DNA of 63,802 nucleotides, the filler included, from Lenisia limosa (Eukaryota > Protista > Breviatea): the NCBI GenBank assembly GCA_001655205.1. It is 16 parts of 16 records of this genome, joined end to end, with 100 filler letters (N's around TTAATTAATTAA, not from the genome) between each part and the next. Parts side by side here need not be neighbours in the genome. Positions count along the whole stretch, not along the records: positions 26,239 to 29,752 come from LPNZ01011578.1; positions 29,853 to 35,317 come from LPNZ01005193.1; positions 35,418 to 40,681 come from LPNZ01003719.1; 13 more parts are not named here. One strand, written 5' to 3'. Shown here piece after piece: positions 26,568-39,400 of this stretch. How positions within the stretch are numbered: the stretch's first letter is position 1; every line of letters starts with the position of its first letter. Under the pieces are notes generated by a model. It had not been told where the DNA came from. It was given only the letters and a program-made list of their open reading frames with translations, and ran no database searches. Made by a program: the position numbers and the translations under genes.

Positions 26568-29500
26568 CAGGAAACGGAAGAGCTTACGAAACCTGCGGCC
26601 ACAGTCCCAGTGAAACTACAGGTAAGGAATATGTAGCTAGTATGCTAAATGTAAGATTAATGCCATATCAGGAAAGCTCTTGTTACCTATATGGAAAGAC
26701 CTTTTTACTGTATTAGAAAAGATTGAAAGAAAGTACTTATTGATTAGGGAAGCCGTGCGATTCTCATGGAGTGCCGGTCTCTCGAAGATGAGTTCTACCT
26801 CCTCTGGCATTTTGAAAATAATGTGGGGGCGAGTATTACAGACAGTGACCGCGATAAGTCTTGACCGATTGTCCTTGGAAAATCACAGGTCAAGACTTAT
26901 CCCATTCAGTGTATGTATAGAGTAGTAGATCATATGTATGTATTAATAGATATATTAGGACCGCGTATCTGGCCTTGACCAGCCAATTGAAATATTTAAG
27001 ACTTTTTTTTGGTACTTCCTATGATTAAAAATCACTGATTGGATAAGAAAAACTATATTAAACATCAAAGAACAAAATATGACACGAACTAATTACCACG
27101 TCTGCGGCGAGCACGGGCCAGTGTGGGTTATCAGATACAACCTTGTTTTTTAAATGTCTTAGTGCTATAACATATAATAATGCAATCTCCTTAAAGTGAC
27201 ACCCTAGAACGTACAAAAGAAAACCGCCNNNNNNNNNNNNNNNNNNNNNNNNNNNNNNNNNNNNNNNNNNNNNNNNNNNNNNNNNTCTCGGCCACTAATT
27301 TGCCTTTTCGATGGGTATGGGGGAGGGGCATAGAAATGCATCCCTTTCTCTCAACTTTATTTGCTTTATTGTTTGCAATTCTCGTGTATTTCACAAATAT
27401 CGCCATCAGAGCTGGTTTTGGGAGTTTTTTTGTTTCATATATTTTCCAATCCCCCCCCCCCCCTANNNNNNNNNNNNNNNNNNNNNNNNNNNNNNNNNNN
27501 NNNNNNNNNNNNNNNNNNNNNNNNNNNNNNNNNNNNNNNNNNNNNNNNNNNNNNNNNNNNNNNNNNNNNNNNNNNNNNNNNNNNNNNNNNNNNNNNNNNN
27601 NNNNNNNNNNNNNNNNNNNNNNNNNNNNNNNNNNNNNNNNNNNNNNNNNNNNNNNNNNNNNNNNNNNNNNNNNNNNNNNNNNNNNNNNNNNNNNNNNNNN
27701 NNNNNNNNNNNNNNNNNNNNNNNNNNNNNNNNNNNNNNNNNNNNNNNNNNNNNNNNNNNNNNNNNNNNNNNNNNNNNNNNACTCCCGCAGTATCGGGTGA
27801 CTATGGTGCTTTTCGGTCTACTCTCCAATATCGTGCACGTGATCATGTACTCTATGGGACATCGTGTGACTGAGTGGGCCGGTAGTATTGTTATAATGTG
27901 ACGATATGCTATTTATTATAGAAATCAATACAGCGTTTCTGATTCCCCCCCTTATTTTTCAGGCGAAGCCGAATAGCCGTGGATCTGGTCTNNNNNNNNN
28001 NNNNNNNNNNNNNNNNNNNNNNNNNNNNNNNNNNNNNNNNNNNNNNNNNNNNNNNNNNNNNNNNNNNNNNNNNNNNNNNNNNNNNNNNNNNNNNNNNNNN
28101 NNNNNNNNNNNNNNNNNNNNNNNNNNNNNNNNNNNNNNNNNNNNNNNNNNNNTGACACTTTAATTTAATATTGTCAATTAATTAATTTCTTCAAAAAATT
28201 CATTGCACGGGGCCCTAGTTTAGTTTAACATGGAGTGGGTTATGATTTTTCTAGGGCTTCACTTAGGTTCGAAAAAAGACTGATTTCTCGATAAATCTTC
28301 CAAAATTATCGATATTTTACCGGGTTTTTTCGAACCGAAATGAAGCCCTAGATATATTAACATTTATTTTTCATCTCGACGTATTAACATTTGCAATTTG
28401 TAGTATTGGACGTACGTACCCCCAGTTTTAATTGCGATCCTGTTCTTAACCTCGCGCCAGAGGGTTGTTTATAAGTTGGAGGGGAGGGGCTGTAATTGTT
28501 CAAACCTAGCTTTGTTTGTTTTTTGTTATCAACCCTCGTGTATTGTCAGCCAACAGAGTTGATTTCGGGCTTTTTTTATTTTTTTATTTCATAAATTTTC
28601 CAATTTCGCATGATTCAAATGTGTTGTCAACAGAGTTGATTCTCGTTTTTATCTTTTTTCATCACAGTTCCAATCCCCCCCCCCCCCCNNNNNNNNNNNN
28701 NNNNNNNNNNNNNNNNNNNNNNNNNNNNNNNNNNNNNNNNNTCATCGGCTCGGATGCCCCAATTGGGCATCTGCTCCTCCGATACGCTTTTCTTATCTCT
28801 GTGGGGGTAAAATAAGGGAAATTTCAATGAAGAATATTGGCTTAAAGGTACTAATCACGAACCAAATCAAGCAATAACAAACACGGGTAGCAAAAGAAAG
28901 GTTTTCTTTTTTATGTTATTGGGATATTTGACGAAACACCACTTTAAAGTTATCATTTGAATATTTGCTACATCGTTCCGGTTCGAAAAACGACTTTATC
29001 TCTCAATAAATCTTCGAAAACTCTCCTGATTTTTTTCTTGAACCGAAGTGAAACCTTGCGACCGCCTCTTTAGGGCGGTTGCTGTGCGGGCGGCTGCGCT
29101 GTACACAAAACAATATTGTTAATCACATGCAAATAAACGGAGCCGTTGTGAAAAGGGCTGTGGTACAGGCGTGTGGGGACCGCTCTTTAGGTTGCGCTGT
29201 ACATACATATCTTCTCTGAACCCAACCAACGCTTTAGTCATTTTCCAGCTTCCCCCTTCCCTTATTTCATCTTACACCCCTTTTTTTTTTAGTCAACAGA
29301 GTTGATTTGGGCTTCTTTTTTTTGTTTCATAAATCCCCTTTTACTTTCTCTACCCCCCTCTTATCACATCTTACTTTTTAAGGTATTCGGAGTCGGAACA
29401 TTCGTCTCAATCAGAGCCGAGAAGGAGGCAAGACAAAACTTCCTGGAGAAAGTGGGAGCGGGTGGCGGGGGTATTCCATTTATATTTTTGTGTTTTTTTG

Positions 29501-29752
29501 TTTTTTTGCAATAAAGTCTCTATTACCATGAAAGTAGGAGCAAATAGATCCAGCAGCGTACACCCATAGAAAATTCCTTTTTGTTTACTTCACTCCCCCA
29601 CGTTTCGATATTAAATTTCTCTCCTCCTTTATTTTTTTATTTTTGCAACATTAAAAATCTTGGGAAACAAATAAAACATAGGGATGCATACCCCACCTTC
29701 CCTTCACATTTCAGTTCGCTCTGAAGCTCAAACGCTCCAAAGCAAGATGTTT
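26568..29752 (+). CDS. Partial multi-pass membrane protein, possibly the TM cluster of a membrane nucleotide cyclase or receptor
   Basis: Exons GSRAILMECRSLEDEFYLLWHFENN (26748-26822), YRVTMVLFGLLSNIVHVIMYSMG (27790-27880), VFGVGTFVSIRAEKEARQNFLEK (29383-29451) and VRSEAQTLQSKM. The last TM followed by E..R..FL resembles the post-TM helix of membrane adenylyl cyclases (inference). Large N gaps interrupt the gene. Confidence 0.4.
26843..26911. mobile_element. MITE family C (CAGTGAC..GATAAGTCTTGACC TIR)
   Basis: Inverted repeat GATAAGTCTTGACC / GGTCAAGACTTATC; homologous to 32129-32206, 45192-45273 and 48105-48182. Confidence 0.75.
28252..28350. mobile_element. MITE family A, best-preserved copy (99 bp, 26-bp TIR, TA at both ends)
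   Basis: Left end TAGGGCTTCACTTAGGTTCGAAAAAA versus reverse complement of the right end TAGGGCTTCATTTCGGTTCGAAAAAA (24/26 identical); no coding capacity. Confidence 0.9.
28510..28606 (+). repeat. Repeat family B copy
   Basis: CTTTGTTTGTTTTTTGTTATCAACCCTCGTGTATTGTCAGCCAACAGAGTTGATTTCGGGC...TTTCATAAATTTTCCAATTT; a second partial copy at 28620-28680 ends in poly-C. Confidence 0.85.
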
Positions 29753-30438
29753 NNNNNNNNNNNNNNNNNNNNNNNNNNNNNNNNNNNNNNNNNNNNTTAA
29801 TTAATTAANNNNNNNNNNNNNNNNNNNNNNNNNNNNNNNNNNNNNNNNNNNNCACTCAGCTGTGAACTTGAGGAATGCAGGAAGCGCCGACCACGCCGCC
29901 GTTTCCGCGTAGCAGAGCGCCTCGGACGAGAGATCACCAAGATCCCGTAGATGGAGGGAAATATCCGGCGGCGGAAGGTTCTATGAAGTTATTAAGGTAA
30001 TTTCAAATGGTCCCACCAAAAGGTTGGATCGATATTTTACCAGCCTTTTTCGGACTACATCACTCCCCTCATCCCCTAATATATTCCCCTCATCCCCACT
30101 TGATACATAACAAGAGAAGCACTCCCCCCTTATTCTCAGCTCACATCAATCTCAACTATACTGTCCTTGGCAAGTATTTTCCAAGGTTTGAATGTTGAAT
30201 AGATTACTGGCAAATAATGCTGCACTCGCAGCCAAAATCCTTAAAGTGCATTGCACCCTCATCAATTGATTATTATCGAAATATATATCCAGGCTATTTC
30301 TCAAAGTTGTGTTTTATCTCCCAACCAACACAGTTTAGTATTATAGGGATCACTTCCAAATAGAGCGTTCATTTTTCTTTTGAAGACACTTCCAAAAAAG
30401 GAGAACAAATGAAGAAATGAGGCAGTTATAACATCACC

Positions 30439-30930
30439 TCAACAAATGCAGAAAGCAAAGAAAGTTATAACACCATCCTCCTCATCCCAGCCGACCTTGG
30501 CCGCCTCAATGAGCCACTCTTCCTTGGCCTCCAAAGTCCTCCAAAGCACATCACAAGACTCATCGCCACCGAGACTGAGGAAAGACTCGAAGATCGGACC
30601 CTCTGACGTTTCTTTGTACTTCTCGACAACCGCATTCTGGTCTTCTGAAAACTCCCTCAGGGCCTTGATATCGTCTTCCAGCGCCGTGCTTGAGAAGTTG
30701 AGCTTCACTGACGGGAGCCTTGTGACCATGTCTTGCGGCTGCGGCATTTCAGCATCAGCATGGCGATGCTTGATGTGGGCGCGGGTATGGGCAAGGTCAG
30801 CGTAGGTCTTTGAGCATTTGGGGCAGGAGAAATGAAGGGTTGTCGGGTCAATTGCTGGTGCTGCTTTGGATGACTTTTTGGCCTTCTTAGCCGGCCTGCT
30901 AGCCTTAGTAGGCTTGGCTGCTGAGGACAT
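30439..30930 (-). CDS. C2H2 zinc-finger protein (single finger visible; 3' end may be spliced)
   Basis: Lys/Ala-rich N-terminus, then FSCPKCSKTYADLAHTRAHIKHRH (C-X2-C-X12-H-X4-H); GC-rich coding-like composition. Confidence 0.8.
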   Translation of the reverse strand: MSSAAKPTKASRPAKKAKKSSKAAPAIDPTTLHFSCPKCSKTYADLAHTRAHIKHRHADAEMPQPQDMVTRLPSVKLNFSSTALEDDIKALREFSEDQNAVVEKYKETSEGPIFESFLSLGGDESCDVLWRTLEAKEEWLIEAAKVGWDEEDGVITFFAFCIC

Positions 30931-31509
30931 TGAAGGGATTGCGGCGGTCTGTCCTGTCTTTTTAGGTTAGGTTGGCTTGGCGTCTTAATCTGGTATTAAT
31001 AACTCGATTAGTGTTGAATTAGTGGGAAAGGGTTTTGAAGAGGGGAAAAGAAGCAAAAGAGATACTCTGGAGGGTGTATTTTTTATATACTATTAAAAAT
31101 GGGTCACATTTCACAGTAGAATACCTAAATGAAACTGAGATGCTCTGATCCGATATAGAATATTAGAAAACGGAGCGGGTGATTTCTTCTTCGACCGCTT
31201 CTTCTCTGGCCCCGACCCTTGCTTTTCCTCAACGCTTTTATATATATAGAGACACACTCCAGAGACATGTTTGTCGACGAGGTGATTGATAGCGGCTAAG
31301 CATCGGCAAGGCCCCTCCGTGTCTTGCTGGGTCTGGAGGTTTGCTTGATACCGATTTGCTGACCTGGTTTTGGGCACTACTTCTTGCTTTGAATCGTGTT
31401 TTTAAGGAACAGTCCAAGTTCCAATGCTTTCCATTCTTCTCATTGTTTATCCATTACCTACCTTGTCTCTCTCGACTGCTGAAGCGTGTAAAAGATCTGG
31501 TCGTCTCAT

Positions 31510-34500
31510 GAACGTAGGAATGGCAGGTGCTCGGCTCCATTTCCTCTCCGACCTAGAAAATGACACGAGTCTTACCTCTCCACGTGAGGGGGCATTCTTA
31601 TTTGCCGTGACTATCTGCGTACTTGTTTGACCGCCAATTGTGTTCTAATTAGTTTAGTGGATATCTCAAAGGAGGAAACTGAGAAATCAACGTTTGTTGG
31701 GTTATAGAGCAAACATGATATATCGAGATGAGAAATAAAACAAGTTTGTATTCTTTGCAGTTCAGTTTCTATTCCAAACTGTGAATGGCTCTTTTGCCGG
31801 GATATATTATGTTCAAACAGAGTTGAATTTTTTATTATTTTTTTGTCTGAAAAGCCTCATGCCTCATTGTTCAGAGTGTTATGGTACCATTCGATTCGAG
31901 TCAAACTCTTCATCCCCACCATTTTGTTTTCCCTGGTTGGCCTTCCATTCACTGTGGCCTGGTGTGGACCAGTGATAATTGGTTGATTATTCACTGTGGC
32001 CTGTGATATTTGGTTGATTATTATTGTATATTCAACTCTTTGATGCTTCGACCTCATCATAATCCTAATATCTCACCAATAGATTTGTTTCCAGTACTAT
32101 GACATATCATTTCGTATCATAGTATATTCACTGACCGTGATAAGTCTTGACCGATTCTCTGAAGGGAAGTTTGATTCATATCAGTCAAGGCTTTCCACTG
32201 TCACTGCGTATGATAGTATAGTATGTATGTGTATGTATCTACAATGATATATTATATATCATACTATCCTATATGATATAGTATTGTACATACTGTATGA
32301 TATATAATATATCATATGTTTAAATACAACCTTGTTTTATTTCTATAATAATACCTGATATAATATATAGTATGATATCATACTAGATATAAGATTACAT
32401 ATCAGTTTTTGCTCTCGAGCCTCACAATGCAGCTTACCATGGTTTTCCTTCTCCTCGACCTCTCAGCGCATCTCTCAAACAAATACGACACCGCAGAATC
32501 CCAGGAGCTAGCCGCGCTCTATTCACGGTAAACAAACTCCCCTACTCCACGCACACAATATAATACCCTCATTTGATTAATAGTATGCGTGGGTGACGTT
32601 AAAATGTTGTTTCCATTCTTTAATACTATAATTTTTAGGCAATTTACAACTGTCATTATTTAGGGTGTTTTATGACTTCAAATGGTCTTTTCAAGATGTA
32701 CAAAGGTCGGACCTTTTGATACAGAACCTGCTTTGAATGAATAAATAGTACTTACAACAATAAATATCTAAATTTAATGTGAGGTGTGGACGGTGTTTTT
32801 TATTTCTCATTCCCCCCATGATGCGAAACGAACCTTCTACTGTTGATGAAATAGTACATGTAACATAGTGTAGTGTACACATGTATATGTTGGGTGACTT
32901 CCCTATTGTCAAACTGAATTCTCGAAAGCTATTTATGATTATATTTTTTGGGCTTTTTCGAACCATAAGGAAAGCCTGAGTAGTATACTCTATTCCATAT
33001 AATGTTTGATTTTTGGTCTTTTTGACAGTTCAGAGCCATGCTTCCCTTTCAGGACTACAATATCAGCAAGTAGGAGTGGGTGTTTCAAGGGGTGGTTTAG
33101 AGTGTGTTTCAAGGGGTGGTTTAGAGTGGGTGTTTCAAGGGGTGGTTTAGATGAGGATATCGCCCAGAGATAGAATGTATCGATATGATATACACATCAT
33201 ATGATATCCTCTATTAACTCTCATTGTTCCCGGTGTTTTTAGAGTCAGAGTGAAGCCCGATTCGATTTCTGACTCCCTTGTAAAACTAGCACTGTTTTCA
33301 TGGGGATTCCCTCAGGACACCCGCAGTTTTGTCCTGGTCTTTGTTTTGTTGCTTTGTATCGGGATGGGTCTCGAAAGTGTAGCCACCGAGTTTAGTATAC
33401 ATAGAGCTTCCCTACGGTCGCAAAATTGACTGAATTTCTCGATAAATCCTCGATAAATATCGACATTTTACTGGTCTTTTTCGGACCGTAGGGAAGCCCT
33501 AAGTATACGTCCACTTTGTTTTATTGTTCGCAAACCTCGTGTGTTGTTAGCCAAAAGAGTTGATTTTGGGCTTTTGTGTTTCAAAATTTNNNNNNNNNNN
33601 NNNNNNNNNNNNNNNNNNNNNNNNNNNNNNNNNNNNNNNNNNNNNNNNNNNNNNNNNNNNNNNNNNNNNNNNNNNNNNNNNNNNNNNNNNNNNNNNNNNN
33701 NNNNNNNNNNNNNNNNNNNNNNNNNNNNNGTGTGGACGGCTTCGGCCAAATACAATCTTATTTTTTATTTCTCATTGCTAACTCTGCGAAGGTCAGAAGC
33801 GATTATGAACGAATTCACAGGTGACAACTCTCTCATGATGAATTTCGACTGCATTTATAGCACACATAATGGCCTCATCCATTTCTCAATTTGCTTCAAC
33901 GATGATCATACCAGTGGGGGGTGTTAAGATAAATGTTGATTTTTATGAGTGTAGCATTTCTTTCAATAGTGTCTCTACTTTCCCGTTCTAAAATTCAATC
34001 CAATATCTCTAATACATGCATAACCCCCCCCTCACATTTGATGNNNNNNNNNNNNNNNNNNNNNNNNNNNNNNNNNNNNNNNNNNNNNNNNNNNNNNNNN
34101 NNNNNNNNNNNNNNNNNNNNNNNNNNNNNNNNNNNNNNNNNNNNNNNNNNNNNNNNNNNNNNNNNNNNNNNNNNNNNNNNNNNNNNNNNNNNNNNNNNNN
34201 NNNNNNNNNNNNNCACTCCGCGTTCATCAATGTTCAATTCCCGCAAATTGTTGGTCAAAAAGGAGCATAACATAGGGCTTTCCTGCCATCCCAAGAACAT
34301 AGTCGATGTATTATCAAGTTTTATAAGATATTTCGACTTTTTTGGGACCATATGAAATCCCTAATCTTATCAGATACTATTATCGGATACTACTTGTTTT
34401 ATTTCTCACTTTAAATCATATTATACATCTGTATCATATATTATCTAATTTGAGGGGAACTGTACCGTATGTAGGGTTATTTTCTCACCATGGAAAGTAT

Positions 34501-35172
34501 TCAGGGTTGGAGGAAGTATTCAGGGATGGAGGAAGTATTGGTTCAACCCTCGTGTGTAGCCAACAGAGTTGATTTCGGTCCTTTTTTTCTACTATGAATT
34601 TCCAATTTTAATCCCCCACCCTCAGGTAGTATGTACGGCCTTGTCATCGGGAACACCAACTGCTTCCGACACCCTTTGTCTCACTCGACGTACCGACTAT
34701 CACAATATGGTGGGGGGGGGGGGGGGNNNNNNNNNNNNNNNNNNNNNNNNNNNNNNNNNNNNNNNNNNNNNNNNNNNNNNNNNNNNNNNNNNNNNNNNNN
34801 NNNNNNNNNNNNNNNNNNNAAAACTCTCGATATTTTCCTGTTTTTTTTTGGAACCGAAGTGAAGCCCTGGTGGTTATTCAATTAACAACTTGGCAGTATC
34901 AAACGGTACTGCGACAAAACGTCTCAATTGCCCTCTTCTCCTTCAATGAAATTGACGACGCTATTTTGTGGGGGGGTATGGACATATCCACTGACCGCGA
35001 TAAGCCCAGACACGGATATTTAGCTTTATCTTTAGTCAATCGTATCAGGACATATCGCGGCATACACACTCATTTGTCACTGTTTAGAGCGCATACAGTT
35101 GAGGACTTTCGAAGTTCGTTGGAACAACTCCCCATCCACATGATGAACTACAGCGCTAACGCTTTTGATGAG
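31510..35172 (+). CDS. Uncharacterised multi-exon membrane protein (fragmentary model)
   Basis: AG/GT-bounded exon-like segments LTMQLTMVFLLLDLSAHLSNKYDTAESQELAALYS, DTRSFVLVFVLLLCIGMGLESVAT, GSMYGLVIGNTNCFRHPLSH, YQTVLRQNVSIALFSFNEIDDAI and AHTVEDFRSSLEQLPIHMMNYSANAFDE; no family recognised. Confidence 0.4.
33074..33151. repeat. Intronic minisatellite, ~3 x 24-26 nt (GAGTGGGTGTTTCAAGGGGTGGTTTA)
   Basis: Direct repeats visible in the sequence. Confidence 0.85.
33402..33501. mobile_element. MITE family A copy (subtype with ...CCCTACGGTC TIR)
   Basis: TAGAGCTTCCCTACGGTC ... GGACCGTAGGGAAGCCCTA; TA at both ends. Confidence 0.85.
33730..33785 (+). repeat. Repeat family E copy ending in GCTAAC just before an acceptor (AG 33790-33791)
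   Basis: GTGTGGACGGCTTCGGCCAAATACAATCTTATTTTTTATTTCTCATTGCTAAC. Confidence 0.8.
34541..34625 (+). repeat. Repeat family B copy ending at a predicted acceptor (CTCAG 34621-34625)
   Basis: GTTCAACCCTCGTGTGTAGCCAACAGAGTTGATTTCGG...TTTCCAATTTTAATCCCCCACCCTCAG|. Confidence 0.8.
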
Positions 35173-35199
35173 GTTGGGAGGAGGGGTCCCCACAACCCT

Positions 35200-35302
35200 T
35201 AGGGCTTTACTTCGGTTCGGAAAAAATCCCGGGAAAATATCGAGAGTTTTCGAGGATTTATCGAGAAATTCAGTCTTTTTTTTCCAACCGAAGTGAAGTC
35301 CA
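35200..35302. mobile_element. MITE family A copy (reverse orientation)
   Basis: TAGGGCTTTACTTCGGTTCGGAAAAAA...CGAGGATTTATCGAGAAATTCAGTC...CCAACCGAAGTGAAGTCCA. Confidence 0.85.
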
Positions 35303-35453
35303 AACTACTGTTCTTTTNNNNNNNNNNNNNNNNNNNNNNNNNNNNNNNNNNNNNNNNNNNNTTAATTAATTAANNNNNNNNNNNNNNNNNNNNNNNNNNN
35401 NNNNNNNNNNNNNNNNNCCCGAGAAGAGTCTCCCATTGGTTGTTACTTTTCAG

Positions 35454-36441
35454 ATCTGGTGTTCTCACAATTGGCCGTGTTGGTGACAGGTCTCTCACTG
35501 ATGTCACAACGTGGGGAAGGGGGGTAAGAAACAAAGAGGGTGCTTTTCAACTAATGAAAACTTCCTTGGGACCAGTACTGACTACTTAGTTTGGACCTCG
35601 GCACTCCTATTTCAGACATCGTGTGGGACAAATCAGGCATCTATGTAAGCAGAGTGTTGTGAAATAAATATTACGAGTACTTCTTCATTACATATTGAAT
35701 TACTATCACTCCCCGCAAAACTGATGTTATGATTGGTTGTTTGATAGCGTCAATATTTTAGATATCACAGTGCAATATCTTATATTAACGCCGAAATCGT
35801 CCGCTTCTTTTACTCCCCCCCCCCCCNNNNNNNNNNNNNNNNNNNNNNNNNNNNNNNNNNNNNNNNNNNNNNNNNNNNNNNNNNNNNNNNNNNNNNNNNN
35901 NNNNNNNNNNNNNNNNNNNNNNNNNNNNNNNNNNNNNNNCTTCAATGACAACACACTCAGTAAAACGTCTTCGACTGAGGTTGCAGCCGTCAACAAGGCC
36001 GTCCTGAAGGAGCTGGAGAAACGTGGGTATGGTATCTCAAACATCATCGGTATCATAGCTACATATGTTTCTGGCATTCCTTGAGCTGTATGTACAATTA
36101 TGATATGGAAGAAAAATGGTTTCTACTTTATGATGTCTGCTGATATTGGATAATTTGAACCTTCGATTGTTAGATGGAAAGTTCTGGTATGTACCAGCCC
36201 AACCCTGACTCTGTCAGCATACACTGTGGAGAGCATTGCCAAGATCAAGCTTGTGAGCAAACGTAACAACGCGCGTGCCACCCCCCAGCCAATCAAGGTG
36301 AGTAGATTGAGATTTGGGCTTGTTTGGATTTTATTCAGGAAATTATATATCAAAGCAGCATCATTAGTTGCAGGAGAAAAAGTCAATGAATAAGGATTCG
36401 TTTTTGACACTTTAGGATAACAAGAAGGAGAAGAAGGAGTA
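35454..36441 (+). CDS. C-terminal part of an uncharacterised protein
   Basis: In-phase exons FNDNTLSKTSSTEVAAVNKAVLKELEKRG|WKVLVCTSPTLTLSAYTVESIAKIKLVSKRNNARATPQPIK|DNKKEKKE*. Confidence 0.45.
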
Positions 36442-39400
36442 AATCTAAATACTGTGATTTAATGAAGAGTGTTTTGTAGCGTATTGTAAATCGTTCAAAT
36501 ATGACCATAGAGAAAGCTCAAAGAACAGATTGAAGAAGAAAACTCTAGAATACATTGGAAGATAATACAGAAGAAAACAAATACCATTTGGGCTAATTGA
36601 CTAAGAGGGCTGAGCGCTCCCCAACTGCAGCGTAAATAAAATTGAAAATTGTAAATATCCATTTCCAAGAAATCGAATAAGATCGCCCTTTTTAGCCTAC
36701 CCGTATTTGGAAGAGAGGACCTTCGGTCCCGACTTTCTCGCAAATCCGAGTTATTAGTCTGGATGGTGAGAATATTGTTTCTGGCGGGAGGCCGCTGCCA
36801 ACCAATAAAGGATCATTAACTTACCCAGTAACTTTCACAAATAGAATTAACCACCCACTGAATATCAATTCCAAAGAAAACCCTGTCAATGCCAATATCC
36901 ACAAGACCAACGTACAGTTTCATGAGGGATGAAAGGAGGCGTGAGTAGGGCGGAGTGTTGCCTAAATAAGTAAAATGCTGTTAATTTGGTTTCCAATGTC
37001 TCTAATCATCCACAAAAATAATACAGAATTACNNNNNNNNNNNNNNNNNNNNNNNNNNNNNNNNNNNNNNNNNNNNNNNNNNNNNNNNNNNNNNNNNNNN
37101 NGTTGGTGCGTGTTTGAGGTACTGTGTTATGAAACCTCTAAGGAGTTTAGTGCAACAAATCAAACTCTGGCTTTTGACACTTGATTTGAATACCTTTAAC
37201 AACCCATTGCCCCACCTTGAAGTCTACACGTCGCATCCCTGTCAAATCCCTATCAATGATGTTGGTGAACTGATGGTCCCACAAAACATCTGACACACTG
37301 TATGAATGTCGGGCCTGTGTAGATTAATCGCATCAATGGTCTTCAGGTTTATATCCAGATCCCCCCCCCCCCCAANNNNNNNNNNNNNNNNNNNNNNNNN
37401 NNNNNNNNNNNNNNNNNNNNNNNNNNNNNNNNNNNNNNNNAGAATATACTCCTTATAAATATCGATATTTTTGCAGTATTTTCCGGGCTGAAACGATGTG
37501 CATGTACCAGAGATCAACCCCCTACTTGAAGGGTGTTTGAAGTGACATCACTGATTCCCTCCACAATGATCAAGAGCTGACATGTGAGAAAACAAGAAGA
37601 AAAAGGTGAAAGGTATTACTACTCTTCTCAAGTCATTTCGTGTTACTCAAAAGAGCAAGCAGCAAACCTCAGCATCAGGTTTGGCCAGTTCCTTCATCGA
37701 TATTGAAAGGGGAGAACGCTCGTTTAACTGATGTTCCACTAGCGTGGGGGGAGGTAAGGAATATTATAATAAACAGTCTGGATCAGCCAAAGGTCCAAGT
37801 ATTCAATTATGTAGTCCCTTGGGTAAACGAAAGTAGTACAATAAGGTCAGAAACTCTCCCAACCGATAAGGGGTGTGGCCAGACAAAGGTTGACACATGG
37901 AGAGACCTGTTCAAAGGTGATTATAACATCAGACGGTTTTCATAGTTCATACATATATTGCTAATGCTGAAAGCACAAGTCAACTATTTGCCCACCCTCC
38001 CAACCTCTATTGGGGTGTACACATAGTCCCTCTCGCCCTCCATCGTCGTTTTCCAATGGCAAAGATACACTGTGATATGGCATTCGATGACCTTGAAAGT
38101 AACCATTAATCAACAAGATGCCCTAAATGGAGAAAGAAATAAAACACTGATACAGGATTGACAAGGGCAAATGTGCTCTTTTATAAGATCTCAAATATCC
38201 CCCCTCCACCTGGCTCTTACGCAAGTCAGCCACGCGAATCGTGAGACAGGGCTTTCCGTTGCGGACGCAGATGCAGACATTGTGACTGAATATCAAGCCT
38301 GGGGGTTGGTAAACCATTTTAAGACTGGAGGTCAAGCAAACAACAAAGTATGCTCCATCAATAGTCATGTGAGCTTGAGCAATAACGCTGAATCACTATT
38401 CCACACCGTATGCACATTTTCCTACCAATTGTCCTTCTTGTGGCTCTGGCAAATTTCTGGAAGAGCATTCCTGTATAGTAAAATCTATCCTTTTTTGGGA
38501 CCACAGGGAATCCCTAGTCGTAGATCCTATGGTTGGCAGCGAACAGACATGACAAAACATATGTTTGGCAGAACATGGCAAAACATACCCATGCATAAAG
38601 CGTCGAATAGCAGCGAAGTGAACGACTGTACAGTGACAAGCGCCATTGACAGGTTGCATTTTGATGATGGAACGTAGTCTGCAAGATCAGGGAATGAAAG
38701 CGGTAGAAGAGACTCTTAGCTGTCTCAAATGTTCATGACCTGTCACAGGGGATTTGTTACCCCTATTCAAAAAGACACTGTACATGCGAACCACCCACTT
38801 CCGTAGCCGATAGTGGCCTGGGTTGCAACACTGAAAAGGTAGGCCTCACGGAAGGAGGTCAAATCGTCCGTACAAGCATCTGAAATTAGGGGGGGGGGTG
38901 AGATGAAGGAAATTTCAAAACAAACACTCAAAACCTCATTCATTCAATTCCCCCAAACCCTTCCAGTTACTTCCTAAATTGCACATTATACCCCTATACC
39001 CTTTGTCATAAATTTCAACACCCCATCAACCAAAACCTCACACAATCGCACACCACCTCCACCATAGACATGTCCACCTCCCACCATAGACATATCCTGC
39101 CGCGAAGAAGGATATACAGGCGACATAGACGAGGAAGAAGATGGTGATTGAGCGGTACAACGGAGCGTTGACAAGTGTGTTGAACCAATCCCTCGTATAA
39201 ATGGCTGCAAGGTGAAACAGGAGAGATAAATCTTAGCAAAAGGAAATTGAGTACATTCGGAACTTTTTTCTGAATTGGTCAACATATTATGCTGAATCAG
39301 TATCCTTTATAAAATAACCTCAATTGTATCTGGCAACTGTTCCCTTGAATTTTACTCAACCATCATAACTGTTTGGAGGTGTCGGGGTTGTATGTATGCA

